From contig JBALDB010000056.1 of the NCBI GenBank assembly GCA_036918135.1, positions 434,080-498,079 of the forward strand: DNA of 64,000 bases. The letters run 5' to 3'. This document shows positions 53,823 through 64,000 of the stretch, in pieces. Position numbers and translations under genes: made by a program. Position 1 is the first letter of the stretch. Each line of letters starts with the position of its first letter. Below the pieces are notes generated by a model. It saw only the letters and a program-made list of their open reading frames with translations, did no database searches and was not told where the DNA came from. Source of the stretch: Nostoc sp. GTDB taxonomy: Bacteria; Cyanobacteriota; Cyanobacteriia; Cyanobacteriales; Nostocaceae.

Positions 53823-54881
53823 ATGATTATAGTAATGAAAAGTGGTTCCCCAGAGGCGGAAATAAACCGCCTTGATGAGGAACTATCTAGCTGGGGTCTA
53901 ACTCCAGAAAAAATTATTGGTAAACACAAAGTAGTTATTGGTCTAGTAGGTGAAACCGCCAGTTTAGATCCACTACAAATTCAAGAACTTAGCCCTTGGA
54001 TTGAGCAGGTATTGCGGGTAGAGCAGCCTTACAAACGAGCTAGCCGCCAGTTTCGCCACGGGGAAGCTTCGGATGTGGTGGTTAATATACCTAATGAAAC
54101 GGTGGTATTTGGCGAACACCATCCCCTGATAGTTGTAGCTGGCCCCTGTTCTGTAGAAAATGAACAAATGATTGTGGAGACGGCACGACGTGTCAAAGCC
54201 GCAGGGGCGAAGTTTTTGCGTGGAGGTGCATATAAGCCCCGGACTTCACCTTACGCTTTCCAAGGACACGGCGAGAGTGCTTTGGAATTATTAGCAAAGG
54301 CACGGGAAGTTAGCGGACTAGGTATTATTACAGAAGTCATGGATGCGGTTGACCTGGAAAAAATTGCCGAAGTTGCTGACGTGATTCAGGTGGGAGCAAG
54401 GAATATGCAGAATTTCTCTTTGCTCAAAAAAGTAGGATCGCAGTCAAAACCAGTTCTTTTGAAGCGGGGAATGGCAGCTACAATTGAGGATTGGTTGATG
54501 GCAGCCGAGTACATTTTGGCAGCTGGTAATCCGAATGTAATTTTGTGTGAAAGAGGAATACGTACCTTCGATCGCCAGTACACTCGAAATACGCTAGATA
54601 TATCAGTGGTGCCAGTATTGCGAAAGCTGACTCACCTACCAATTATGATTGACCCCAGCCACGGCGTAGGTTGGTCTGAGTTTGTGCCATCAATGGCAAT
54701 GGCGGCGATCGCAGCTGGTACAGATTCTCTGATGATTGAGGTTCACCCCAACCCGGCCAAAGCTTTATCGGATGGCCCCCAATCTCTGACACCAGAACGT
54801 TTTGATAACTTGATGCAAGAATTGGCAGTAATTGGTAAGGCAGTGGGACGCTGGCAACAACCAGCAGTATCTCTGGTATAA
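53823..54881 (+). CDS. aroF: DAHP synthase, type I-beta
   Basis: AGPCSVE, GGAYKPRTSPY, GARNMQN and DPSH. Confidence 0.93.
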   Translation: MIIVMKSGSPEAEINRLDEELSSWGLTPEKIIGKHKVVIGLVGETASLDPLQIQELSPWIEQVLRVEQPYKRASRQFRHGEASDVVVNIPNETVVFGEHHPLIVVAGPCSVENEQMIVETARRVKAAGAKFLRGGAYKPRTSPYAFQGHGESALELLAKAREVSGLGIITEVMDAVDLEKIAEVADVIQVGARNMQNFSLLKKVGSQSKPVLLKRGMAATIEDWLMAAEYILAAGNPNVILCERGIRTFDRQYTRNTLDISVVPVLRKLTHLPIMIDPSHGVGWSEFVPSMAMAAIAAGTDSLMIEVHPNPAKALSDGPQSLTPERFDNLMQELAVIGKAVGRWQQPAVSLV

Positions 54882-55011
54882 AATTTTGAAAGTGCTAAGA
54901 AGTTAAAAGGGACTGGCAATGCGACTCAAAAGCCAGAGTAGCAAGAGTCAAGGGCAAGGGAGAAAAATTGGCTCTTTCCCCTCTCCCTTATCCTCAGTAC
55001 CTAATACCCTT

Positions 55012-55266
55012 CTATCTTCTATATATATAATGAGCAGGTATCCACCGACGACCACGATTTGTCTGCACCCAACGTCCAGGAACCAATATTCTCCTTCTCG
55101 CTTCAGCAGGGGTATAAACCCTAACTCGTGCTGGTCTTCTAATTATTCTCACTGGAACTGGTCGCCTATCTCGCCATCTTACCTGAGCCTCGGCTTGGGA
55201 AGGAATAAAGGTAACAGCAATTGGTAAAATTAGCGCTGCACTAGCAAGTATTTTTTTAATACTCAT
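55012..55266 (-). CDS. Small secreted Arg/Trp-rich hypothetical protein
   Basis: Signal peptide ending AEA; VPGRW...RRWIPAHY; GGAAAG upstream. Confidence 0.7.
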   Translation of the reverse strand: MSIKKILASAALILPIAVTFIPSQAEAQVRWRDRRPVPVRIIRRPARVRVYTPAEARRRILVPGRWVQTNRGRRWIPAHYIYRR

Positions 55267-55469
55267 TGGTAATCTTTCCTTCTACGATCTAAAAATCGAA
55301 GAGATTAAATTTTTATAAAATATTAATCTCTAGGACACGTAAATAATAGAATTGGAAAGAACTATAGACCAGTGAAAAAGGTAATTAGTTGAATCGTGAC
55401 TAATGTCATGGATAAAAACTCTAAAAATCATTCTCCGGTCGTAATACTAATTCTCGATCAAGATAAGCT

Positions 55470-55634
55470 TAATACTCTAAAATTGATGAATTCCCAAGTA
55501 GCAAGATTAGCAATTTCTGGAGTAAATTTTTGAATGATTTGTCCCAAGCGTTCGCGTAGTTAATTCAAGGTGGAACAGTTTTGCCACTATAATTTCGCTT
55601 TCAAGTGTTCCCACATAAGTTTGATAGTGTTGAG
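55470..55634 (-). mobile_element. IS630-family transposase C-terminal remnant
   Basis: Minus-strand translation LNTIKLMWEHLKAKL*WQNCSTLN*LRERL..., a degenerate LNPIE.lW..lK motif with stops. Confidence 0.65.
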
Positions 55635-56079
55635 CCGACGAGGTAACTTTGTACGGTAGAGAAAGGTCGGTCAAGTATTGTTACCAAAACTTATTCTATA
55701 AAAATAGTGGCTGAATTCTATTAAAACTGCTTTCAAAATTTACTAATACCCACTTAGTACACTATACTGCAAATTTTAGTAATCCTCTGAGAATTTTGTC
55801 AAACAGTAATAATTGAAAAATAATTGCAATAGATGGATTTATAGAACCCTTTAAGATAAATAAATTCTTAATCCCAAATCTAAAATCTGCCTTGAAAAGT
55901 CTGAGATGAGGAAACCTCGGCTGAGACTTCTCGCCAAATCCAAAATAGTATTATACCAATTCTTAATACTCGCCCACGGGTGAGAAGCAAGCTACACAAT
56001 TCATAATTTGTAATTACGCAAGTTGTAGAAAATCTAAGTTTATAGATTTGAATTTGTTGCAGAATTTTAGATAATTAGT

Positions 56080-56197
56080 ATATCATGTCTGCTCATATAA
56101 TCATCATTGCAACTGTAGGGAAACAATTCTAAAAACATTGTAATTAGGTCGTTTCAGTCGCAATCACATATTAGGGGTGATTTGCTGGACATCATAT
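56080..56197. mobile_element. MITE/REP-like element, copy 1
   Basis: Ends atatcatgtc and ggacatcatat; internal cattgc..tgtaggga...tcgcaat; matches 61048-61164. Confidence 0.6.
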
Positions 56198-57013
56198 TAG
56201 GAGCGTATTTACAGATGATTTGTGATGAAAAATATAAATATTAGCGCTATCACGCACCCCCGACCCCATAACACAATAACAGTTACGATTTAAGGCAAAC
56301 TTTTATCGCTTCTATCTCCCCTACTTTATATTTACTTCTGTAAACTTGATTTTGACTAGTTCAAGCTTTATTAAAAAATAATCTCTTTTTCTAGAGATAA
56401 ATTTTTAATTAATAAAAAAATTATTAACAGTAGATATATAAGAGTCATAAATCATTGATAATCAAATTATATCCTAAATTTTTAAAGCAGCCAAGAATAT
56501 AATTACTCCAAAGTCTCGCAAATTAAAATTGCTATATTTATATTACTAAATAGTTAATTGTTTAAATTTTATATATAAAATTTTGTCAACTTTGTTGATG
56601 ATTAGGGGTCAAAATTTGTCGAATTTGGATTACCATATAATAAGATTTATATACTACTTGAAATCTTTAGTTATTAGGCGTAATCATATTAAAATTTCAT
56701 AATAATAAGATTTATCAATAATATGTTTGCCGAGCTAGTTAATTTAATGTTAAATTATGTTCCTAATAGTGTCAAATATTAATGCATAGATAGATGAAGA
56801 TTACTATATAAATAGCCAGCAAAATATAAAATTTAGATGAATTTAGTAAAAATCTTGTAAATTGAACTGCGAAAATTACTAAACTCTCAAAAGAGTAAGC
56901 TGTAACAAAAGTAATTACACAATGTTGAACAAACCAGATTTAATCAATAAAGCCAGTAGATCTTCGGCTTTATAGACTCTAGCATCTACACACCTTCTGA
57001 TGTTATTTGAAAT

Positions 57014-58258
57014 ATGAAAACCAACTCATCCAACTCACTATTAACAGTTCCAACTGGGCCGCTCAAAATTTCCGAATCTCCTCGTAGTGGTAAAAATATA
57101 AGTAGCGAATATATCCTGCTTTCTCTAGTAATTCCTACTTACGAAGAACGTAACAACGTCAAGAATATAGTCAGGATATTGAGTCTGATATTAGATGAAT
57201 CGATTCCAGGAAAGTATGAGCTAATTATCGTAGACGATAATAGCCCAGACAGAACTTGGGAAATAGCACAATCTTTGACAACAGAATACCCTCAGTTGCG
57301 GGTGATGCGGCGGCAACAGGAAAGGGGGCTGTCTTCAGCAGTGATTCGTGGCTGGCAATCAGCCACAGGCAGTGTGTTAGGGGTAATTGATGGAGATTTG
57401 CAGCATCCACCAGAGGTGCTGATGGAACTATTGCGTAGTATTGAACAGGGAGCAGATTTGGCAGTAGCCAGCCGTCATGTAGAAGGAGGCGGTGTTAGTA
57501 GTTGGAGTGTTGTCAGGCGTTTGTTGTCTCGCGGCGCTCAGTTGTTAGGTTTAATTATCTTACCAGGGGTATTAGGGAGAGTTTCCGACCCTATGAGTGG
57601 TTATTTTATGGTGCGCCGGAGTGCGATCGCCAATGCAATACTTAATCCAGTAGGATACAAAATTCTCCTAGAGGTAATTGGTCGAGGAAAAGTCAACCAA
57701 CTTACGGAAGTTGGGTATGTATTTTGCGAACGCAAAGAAGGTGAGAGTAAAGTCACATGGAAGCAGTATATAGATTATATACACCACTTAGTGCGGTTGC
57801 GGCTTTCCACAGGAAGGGTGGGACGGTTTAAGAAAAAAGTTAATTTTCCATTTGGCCGATTCATGCGCTTTGGTTTGGTTGGCTTAAGTGGGGTTTTTGT
57901 GGATATGGCAGTGCTTTACTTACTGAGCGATCCGACTACCTTAGCTTGGCCATTGACACGCAGCAAAATTATTGCTGGTGAAATTGCAATTTTAAATAAT
58001 TTCTTCTGGAATGATGCCTGGACGTTTGCTGATGTCAGTGCCAGACAGCAAGAATGGCATCAACGCGGCAAACGATTTTTAAAATTTAACACTATTTGTC
58101 TGGCGGGACTGGTATTGAATGTACTGGTATTAAATTTAGTATTTAATTTTCTTATTCCTAACCGTTATATTGCTAATCTAATTGCGATCGCAGTTGCTAC
58201 CATCTGGAATTTCTGGGTGAATATAAAACTTAGCTGGCGTATCACCGATGTGAAATAA
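57014..58258 (+). CDS. GT2 polyprenol-phosphate glycosyltransferase fused to a GtrA-like domain
   Basis: IPTYEE, VDDNSPD, DGDLQHPP and SDPMSG; C-terminal 4-TM GtrA-like region. Confidence 0.9.
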   Translation: MKTNSSNSLLTVPTGPLKISESPRSGKNISSEYILLSLVIPTYEERNNVKNIVRILSLILDESIPGKYELIIVDDNSPDRTWEIAQSLTTEYPQLRVMRRQQERGLSSAVIRGWQSATGSVLGVIDGDLQHPPEVLMELLRSIEQGADLAVASRHVEGGGVSSWSVVRRLLSRGAQLLGLIILPGVLGRVSDPMSGYFMVRRSAIANAILNPVGYKILLEVIGRGKVNQLTEVGYVFCERKEGESKVTWKQYIDYIHHLVRLRLSTGRVGRFKKKVNFPFGRFMRFGLVGLSGVFVDMAVLYLLSDPTTLAWPLTRSKIIAGEIAILNNFFWNDAWTFADVSARQQEWHQRGKRFLKFNTICLAGLVLNVLVLNLVFNFLIPNRYIANLIAIAVATIWNFWVNIKLSWRITDVK

Positions 58259-58360
58259 TCACAACGAGGGATCTGAGATTTGAATTTTTATTTTTAGATT
58301 TCAGAACGAATTGAAATCTAAAACGTCAAATCTACAGATTGATGAGCGTGAGGGCTGGCT

Positions 58361-60205
58361 ATGAAAGTTTTTTTTAGGGATGCATCCTATTTTTGCAAAA
58401 AGATTATCTTGTTGTTGCCTGTCTATGCTGCTCAGATTCTGCCTGACAGAGGTAAAAGACCTGCCTTGCAACAGATACCTTTGCACAATTTGTATGCCTT
58501 CCCTTTTCCTAGCTGGTTTCATCCTTTGATGTGGTTGATTATCGGCTTCGGCTTACGCCTAGTCAACTTGACCGCAAAGCCTCCTTGGACTGATGAATTT
58601 TGCACTTTGGTGTTTAGCTTGGGGAATAATTTTTTATCAGTACCCCTAGATAGAGCGATCGCACCTGATATTCTATTACAACCACTACAACCAAACCCAG
58701 CCGCTAGTATTGGTGATGTAATTCATAATCTAGTTACACAAGATACTCATCCACCACTGTATTTTGTCCTAGCTTACTTGTGGATGAAATTATTTCCCAG
58801 CGAAGGAGGATTAGTATCGCTATTTGCTGCGCGTTCTTTACCAGCTTTAATCGGTGCTGTCTCTATTCCCTGTGTTTACGTATTAGGTAGAGTAGCATTT
58901 CGTTCGCCATTGGTAGGAAATTTGGCTGCTGCGATTATGGCAGTATCACCCTACGCAATCTTTTTGGCACAAGAAGCGCGCCATTACAGTTTAGGAGCCT
59001 TGTGGGTAATTGGTTCTCTCACCTGCTTAGTAATTGCTACACGCCATCTTCAAAACCACACACCTTTACCGATGTGGGTAGCACTTTTGTGGGTAGAAAT
59101 TAATGCTTTAGGTTTTGCTACCCATTACTTTTTCAGCCTTACCCTCTGCACTGAAGTTCTAGTCTTAATTTTTCTTGCTTGGTATCAAAAACAAACTAGT
59201 ACAAAATTTTCTCTGCTTTCTTCTACCTGGCAACGCATCTATGCGGTTGCTATAGGTACTTTTGTGGCAGGTTTAATTTGGCTACCAATCTTTTTAGAAA
59301 ATAGAAATCGCGATAATTTGACCGAGTGGATTCGAGGCTCTCGCGCCGGACTAGATTGGATAAGCCCAATTTTTCAAGCTTTAGGAACATGGATTACAAT
59401 GATTTCCCTGTTACCAGTCGAATCTGCACAACTATTGGTTGTGATTGCTTCGGGATTGGTAATGCTGATTTTCTTTATTTGGGCAGTACCAATTTTAGTG
59501 CGTGGGATTAAGGTTCAACTACAACATCCAGAAAACCGGATTATGATTCAGGTGTTGGCTGGAGTTGCTATCAGTGCCAACGCTTTATTTTTTATCTTTA
59601 CTTACTTTTTAGGAATTGACCTAACCAGAGGCGCTCGCTATCACTTTGTTTACTTTCCTAGTCTGATTGTTTTACTAGGAGCAAGTTTGGCAGTTTGTTG
59701 GCATCCACCCAGAGAATTAAGAAAAAATATAGGCAGATGGGGAATAAATAGAAAAAAAGCTGTGGTCTTAATTTGGTTAATGGGATTTACGAGTGCCATC
59801 ACAGTACTCTGCAATCTCGGCTATCAAAAATATTATCGCCCCGACCTTTTTGTGCAATTAATTCAACAAGTATCGCCAGTGCCAATACTGATTGCCACCA
59901 CTCACAAAACTTATGTGCATACTGGGGAAATGATGGGGATAGCGAGAGAAATTAAACTGAGAAATTCACTTCAAAATCCTCTGTTTCTCCTTGCCCATCA
60001 AGATAGAGACCCGAATACTTCCACTATTGCTCTGGAAAATAGTTTAAAGACTTTAGCACGGCCTTTTGACTTATGGTTGGTAAACTTTCATGCCCCCGTA
60101 GCAGAAGCCATTAAAACATGCGTCTCTGATACTGAATCTTTACCAAGCATAGACGGCTACAAATATCAACTTTATCATTGTCGGCAAGCTCCAAGCATTG
60201 AGTAG
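58361..60205 (+). CDS. GT-C membrane glycosyltransferase (GT39/ArnT-like); start uncertain
   Basis: WTDE, HPPLYF, QEARHY and multiple TM segments. Confidence 0.85.
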   Translation: MKVFFRDASYFCKKIILLLPVYAAQILPDRGKRPALQQIPLHNLYAFPFPSWFHPLMWLIIGFGLRLVNLTAKPPWTDEFCTLVFSLGNNFLSVPLDRAIAPDILLQPLQPNPAASIGDVIHNLVTQDTHPPLYFVLAYLWMKLFPSEGGLVSLFAARSLPALIGAVSIPCVYVLGRVAFRSPLVGNLAAAIMAVSPYAIFLAQEARHYSLGALWVIGSLTCLVIATRHLQNHTPLPMWVALLWVEINALGFATHYFFSLTLCTEVLVLIFLAWYQKQTSTKFSLLSSTWQRIYAVAIGTFVAGLIWLPIFLENRNRDNLTEWIRGSRAGLDWISPIFQALGTWITMISLLPVESAQLLVVIASGLVMLIFFIWAVPILVRGIKVQLQHPENRIMIQVLAGVAISANALFFIFTYFLGIDLTRGARYHFVYFPSLIVLLGASLAVCWHPPRELRKNIGRWGINRKKAVVLIWLMGFTSAITVLCNLGYQKYYRPDLFVQLIQQVSPVPILIATTHKTYVHTGEMMGIAREIKLRNSLQNPLFLLAHQDRDPNTSTIALENSLKTLARPFDLWLVNFHAPVAEAIKTCVSDTESLPSIDGYKYQLYHCRQAPSIE

Positions 60206-60304
60206 AAATGCTATTGAAGAATAGAGAATGACTCTTATTTTTTGTCTTTGCCTTGGGTGTTGCGATCGCTTATGCTAAATTCAGTCTAATTAGCATTATC
60301 TTCT

Positions 60305-60943
60305 GTGGACAAAAACCGCGAACCGTTTATTAGTCTGGCACTTTACCACGCCTTTAAATGGTCAGTCGTCAGCCCCATGCTTCACGCTTACTTTCGGGGT
60401 AAGATTTATGGTGCGGAAAATGTCCCTCGATGGGGGTCATTGGTGGTAGTGAGCAATCATGCCAGTTATTTTGACCCACCAATTGTCTCTAATTGTCTAC
60501 GCCGTCCAGTGGCGTATATGGCTAAGGAAGAATTATTTAATATCCCAATTTTGGCGCAAGCGATTAAACTCTACGGTGCTTACCCGGTGAGTCGGGGAAG
60601 TGCCGATCGCAATGCCATCCGCTCAGCTTTAGAATATTTAAATAACAGTTGGGCTGTTGGTGTTTTCTTGCAAGGTACTCGCACTCCAGACGGTCGAATT
60701 ACAGACCCCAAAAGAGGCGCCTTGCTGCTAGCAGCGAAAGCCAAAGCCCCAATATTACCAGTCAGTGTTTGGGGTACGGAGAAGATTTTAGAAAAAGGCT
60801 CGAAAATACCCCGCAAAGTTCCGATTACAGTCAGAATTGGTAACTTAATTGAGGCTCCCAGTTCCAGTAATAAAGAGGAATTGGAGACTTTGACACAAAA
60901 GTGTACTACTGTAATTAATCAAATGCATGATTTAGGACGATGA
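60305..60943 (+). CDS. plsC: 1-acyl-sn-glycerol-3-phosphate acyltransferase
   Basis: NHASYFD, MAKEELF and FLQGTR. Confidence 0.9.
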   Translation: MDKNREPFISLALYHAFKWSVVSPMLHAYFRGKIYGAENVPRWGSLVVVSNHASYFDPPIVSNCLRRPVAYMAKEELFNIPILAQAIKLYGAYPVSRGSADRNAIRSALEYLNNSWAVGVFLQGTRTPDGRITDPKRGALLLAAKAKAPILPVSVWGTEKILEKGSKIPRKVPITVRIGNLIEAPSSSNKEELETLTQKCTTVINQMHDLGR

Positions 60944-61047
60944 ATTAGACAAGTCCAAATATATACTTTAGGGGGGTGGCGATCGCTTTTAGGTTTCTCT
61001 AATCTGAATTCAATAGATACCAGTAGTCTTGTTTGAAATTCCAGTAA

Positions 61048-61164
61048 GATCGTGTCCGCTCAAGTAACCGTCATTGCGATTGTAGGGAAGCAATCCCAAA
61101 AACGTTGTGGTTGCGTCGTTTGACTCGCAATGACATATTACGGATGATTTATCGGACATCATAT
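61048..61164. mobile_element. MITE/REP-like element, copy 2
   Basis: gtcattgcga...tcgcaatgac internal dyad; ends match 56080-56197. Confidence 0.6.
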
Positions 61165-61295
61165 AACAGCTTTATTCTAAAGATTTTCTCATCTCGTAGG
61201 AAACCTTTCTATGAGACACTTTGCACAGCTTGCTTTCCCATAGAGTAGGCAATCTAACTTTCGGCAAAATATCAAATCCTAAATCCTAAATTAAT

Positions 61296-62333
61296 ATGAG
61301 CGGCTTTGAAGCCAAAAACTTTTGGCAACGATTAAATAATCTGGCGTTAGTCCGCTTTTTGCTTTTAGTTGCTTGTGGATGGGCAATTGTACAGCTTTTA
61401 GCTTACTTTGAAACAGTTATCGTTATTTTTACATTCGCTGCTATTTTAGCTTTTTTACTTAGCTATCCTGTAGAGTGGCTGCGGCGTTTTTTGCCTCACG
61501 GTGTAGCAGTCGGTGTAGTTTTCTTGCTCAGTATTATAATTATTGGCGGTGTAATAATTACTGTAGGTTTAACGGTTTTATCCCAAGGACAACAATTAAT
61601 TGATAGTATAACTGGATTTGTAAATTCTTTATTACCCCTATTAGACAAATTAGAAGAATTCTTACGCAACCGCAATCTTCAAATAGATTTAAGTTTTGTT
61701 CAAGAACAATTAAGGAACCAAGCTATATCAAGTCTTGTTACTAGTTTAGCTATATTACAAAGTTTTTTAACAAACTTTGTGACTTTTATCTTGATTGCAG
61801 TAGTAGCTTTTTTCATGTTATTAGATGGAGAAAAGCTCTGGAATTTTATCTTAAAAATTTTACCAAAACAACGCCGTGATAGATTTACTTTTATTATCAG
61901 ACGTGCCTTTCTCGGATTTTTTAGAGGTCAGTTGCTATTAAGTTTATTTCTAACAACTACAACCTTCTTAATTTTCTTAATATTACAAGTACCTTTTGCC
62001 TTATTATTATCAGTGATTGTTGGTATTGTTGACATCATTCCTGGTATAGGAGCAACATTAGGAGTAAGCATTGTAACTTTAGTTGTATTATCTCAAAGTT
62101 TTTGGTTAGCATTGAAAGTATTGATAACTTGTATTGTTCTTCAGCAAATACAAGATAATTTGATTGCACCAAGAATTATGCAAGGTGCGCTAAATTTGAA
62201 TCCCGTAGTCATATTTTTTGCTCTGCTGGTAGGCGCTAGAGTCGCAGGATTATTAGGTGTTTTTATATCTATTCCCATCGCCGGAGTAATTGTATCTTTG
62301 TTTGAGATTGAAGAAATGAAATCTGAAGTTTAG
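61296..62333 (+). CDS. AI-2E family transporter
   Basis: IPGIG, QQIQDNLIAPRIM and GxxGxxxxIP. Confidence 0.9.
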   Translation: MSGFEAKNFWQRLNNLALVRFLLLVACGWAIVQLLAYFETVIVIFTFAAILAFLLSYPVEWLRRFLPHGVAVGVVFLLSIIIIGGVIITVGLTVLSQGQQLIDSITGFVNSLLPLLDKLEEFLRNRNLQIDLSFVQEQLRNQAISSLVTSLAILQSFLTNFVTFILIAVVAFFMLLDGEKLWNFILKILPKQRRDRFTFIIRRAFLGFFRGQLLLSLFLTTTTFLIFLILQVPFALLLSVIVGIVDIIPGIGATLGVSIVTLVVLSQSFWLALKVLITCIVLQQIQDNLIAPRIMQGALNLNPVVIFFALLVGARVAGLLGVFISIPIAGVIVSLFEIEEMKSEV

Positions 62334-62532
62334 TCAAAAAATTCGTAATTGTTACCCTATAACTCAAGTTAGGCACTTGAAATCAGGAATAAGCTACTAA
62401 GTCTCCGTAACTTCAGTTAAGGGTTTGTACCATAAATGATAAATTACGAATTAGTAATTATTCGGTCATTTGTCAGGAACTACAAACTAGTGAATAATAT
62501 AAAAATGGATATCTAAAAATCTAAATTGAGGA

Positions 62533-62832
62533 ATGATGTCTGATTTAAGAGCAGAATTAACAGAAAACTTGGATGAGGCAGAGTGGGAGTGGCTAATTCC
62601 TCATGTACAGCGAGATGCAGTAATTTTGGTGGCACTTGAGTTAAATTTAGTCGATGTTGGGGTAGCGATCGCAAATGATAATACTCCATCAGTGCAACAA
62701 TGGATTGACGAACAATTGATTACCAAACCTACCACAGTACAGCTGGGAGAATGGAATAGCGATGTCACTAAGCGATTCAATACGCTTATCGTCCAGCCTT
62801 ACGTTTTAGTGCAAGAAATCATCGCAGCTTAA
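62533..62832 (+). CDS. DUF2288-like conserved protein
   Basis: AEWEWLIPH...VQQW...LIVQPYVLVQ. Confidence 0.8.
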   Translation: MMSDLRAELTENLDEAEWEWLIPHVQRDAVILVALELNLVDVGVAIANDNTPSVQQWIDEQLITKPTTVQLGEWNSDVTKRFNTLIVQPYVLVQEIIAA

Positions 62833-62847
62833 GCAAAATTATTTTTT

Positions 62848-63828
62848 TCAGACCTCGAAACGAGATTTTAAACTATTTCGCCACCATCTCACCAAGCTTT
62901 GCAACTCCTCCGACAACCAACCATCAAATTGGGGATAAACTGGTAAACGTCCTATCAACTCCCACCCCGCAGATTTTAAAATTTCTCTCAATACCTGCTC
63001 CTGAAGATGAGGATAATCAGGATTAACTTCATCTTTTGGCCCAATTCCGCCCAAGTCTCGCGCGCCAGCTTCGATACAAGCAAGTAACCATTGGTCATCC
63101 TTAACTAAATTAGGCGGAATTTGAATTGTAATATCAGCTGGTAGAATTTCACGTGCTTTAGCAATTACTTCTGGCAATTGATGGGGGTTAAAAGGCGGTG
63201 CATTAAAACTCTGCTGATTTCCTGGACTATGAGGTTGCAAAATTACTTCTTGGATGTGACGGTAACGCTGATGAAATTGAGAGATTGCTGCTAATGTTTC
63301 CCACCAATCATTAGCAGTTTCTCCAATTCCTAAAAGTAACCCTGTTGTAAAGGGAATCTGCAACTCTCCCGCCCATTGTAATTGTTGCAGCCTAACTTCT
63401 GGTAATTTACTCGGTGCATGTTGATGTACGCTATTTAACAATGTCGGTGTTAACTGTTCCAACATTAACCCCATCGAAACATTTACACACTTGAGGCTTT
63501 GCATCTCTGCAAAACTCAATGGCCCTGCATTCGTATGCGGTAGAAACCCCATTGAAAGTGCTAATTCACACAAATCATAAATCAGTTTAAACCACACTTG
63601 ACGCTTTGGTGAATGGGGATGTACTTCACCACTAAGGATGAGAATTTCACAAACTTTTTCACTTTGCAGCAATTTAAAAATACTTTCTGCATCCGAGAGA
63701 TTCATCCAGGGACTTTTACCTGGTTCAGTGCGAAAGTTGCAGTAGCTACAGCGATTAAAGCATTCGTAAGTAGGAACAATTGTATAAGCAGGGCTATAGG
63801 TAACAACACCAGAATTATTAATTCCCAT
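62848..63828 (-). CDS. cofG: FO synthase subunit CofG (radical SAM)
   Basis: VTYSP, CFNRCSYC, PHTNAG, PFTTGLL, QIPPNL and DLGG. Confidence 0.92.
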   Translation of the reverse strand: MGINNSGVVTYSPAYTIVPTYECFNRCSYCNFRTEPGKSPWMNLSDAESIFKLLQSEKVCEILILSGEVHPHSPKRQVWFKLIYDLCELALSMGFLPHTNAGPLSFAEMQSLKCVNVSMGLMLEQLTPTLLNSVHQHAPSKLPEVRLQQLQWAGELQIPFTTGLLLGIGETANDWWETLAAISQFHQRYRHIQEVILQPHSPGNQQSFNAPPFNPHQLPEVIAKAREILPADITIQIPPNLVKDDQWLLACIEAGARDLGGIGPKDEVNPDYPHLQEQVLREILKSAGWELIGRLPVYPQFDGWLSEELQSLVRWWRNSLKSRFEV

Positions 63829-64000
63829 CAAATTATTCTACTAAAAATTAAATTAACGTGAGTTCGACAGAACTAAAAAATAGCAGGAGGCAGTGCAGGT
63901 AAATTTTTTGGGTAGATGTCAATGGATGGTTTTTTGGGCAAATAGGTATAAGCAGTCAGCCCTGCCATCAAATTAACCAAAAAGTTAAATGGGCTACGAT

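Noticed and set aside
56200..57000. Very AT-rich ORF-free stretch
   Set aside because: I could not find repeats, ORFs or structure; treated as ordinary regulatory or intergenic DNA.

Overview
A 64 kb chromosomal window from a filamentous cyanobacterium, probably Nostocales, judged from frequent HIP1 GCGATCGC sites, STRR-type heptamer repeats, and chlD, argZ, pam68 and sigJ-like genes. Most of it is core genes: a copper ATPase and chaperone, two hybrid kinases with an OrrA-like regulator, Omp85, a Ser/Thr kinase, an ABC transporter, chlD, sigJ, prfB with its programmed +1 frameshift, ybeY, dgkA, trpG, pepP, argZ, rpsO, aroF, glycosyltransferases, plsC and cofG. Four things stand out. (1) An ORF-free 1.8 kb region (about 10.7-12.5 kb) holds five related ~150 bp units plus two divergent ones. 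Each looks like a self-contained minus-strand transcription unit: conserved upstream box, TAAATT -10, a variable 23-32 nt segment, then a covarying terminator. This is a candidate array of ~50 nt small RNAs next to the OrrA-like signalling cluster. (2) A pPIWI-RE three-gene island appears collapsed by two internal deletions into a chimeric ORF and a truncated PIWI-RE. (3) An intact-looking Pycsar pair (membrane effector plus cyclase) lies about 1 kb downstream. (4) There is a secreted CpcT/CpeT-like protein with a PEP-CTERM tail. The window also has a group II intron 3' remnant, an IS630 remnant, several MITE-like repeats and about five decayed accessory genes. All family calls come from motif recognition by eye; no database searches were run.
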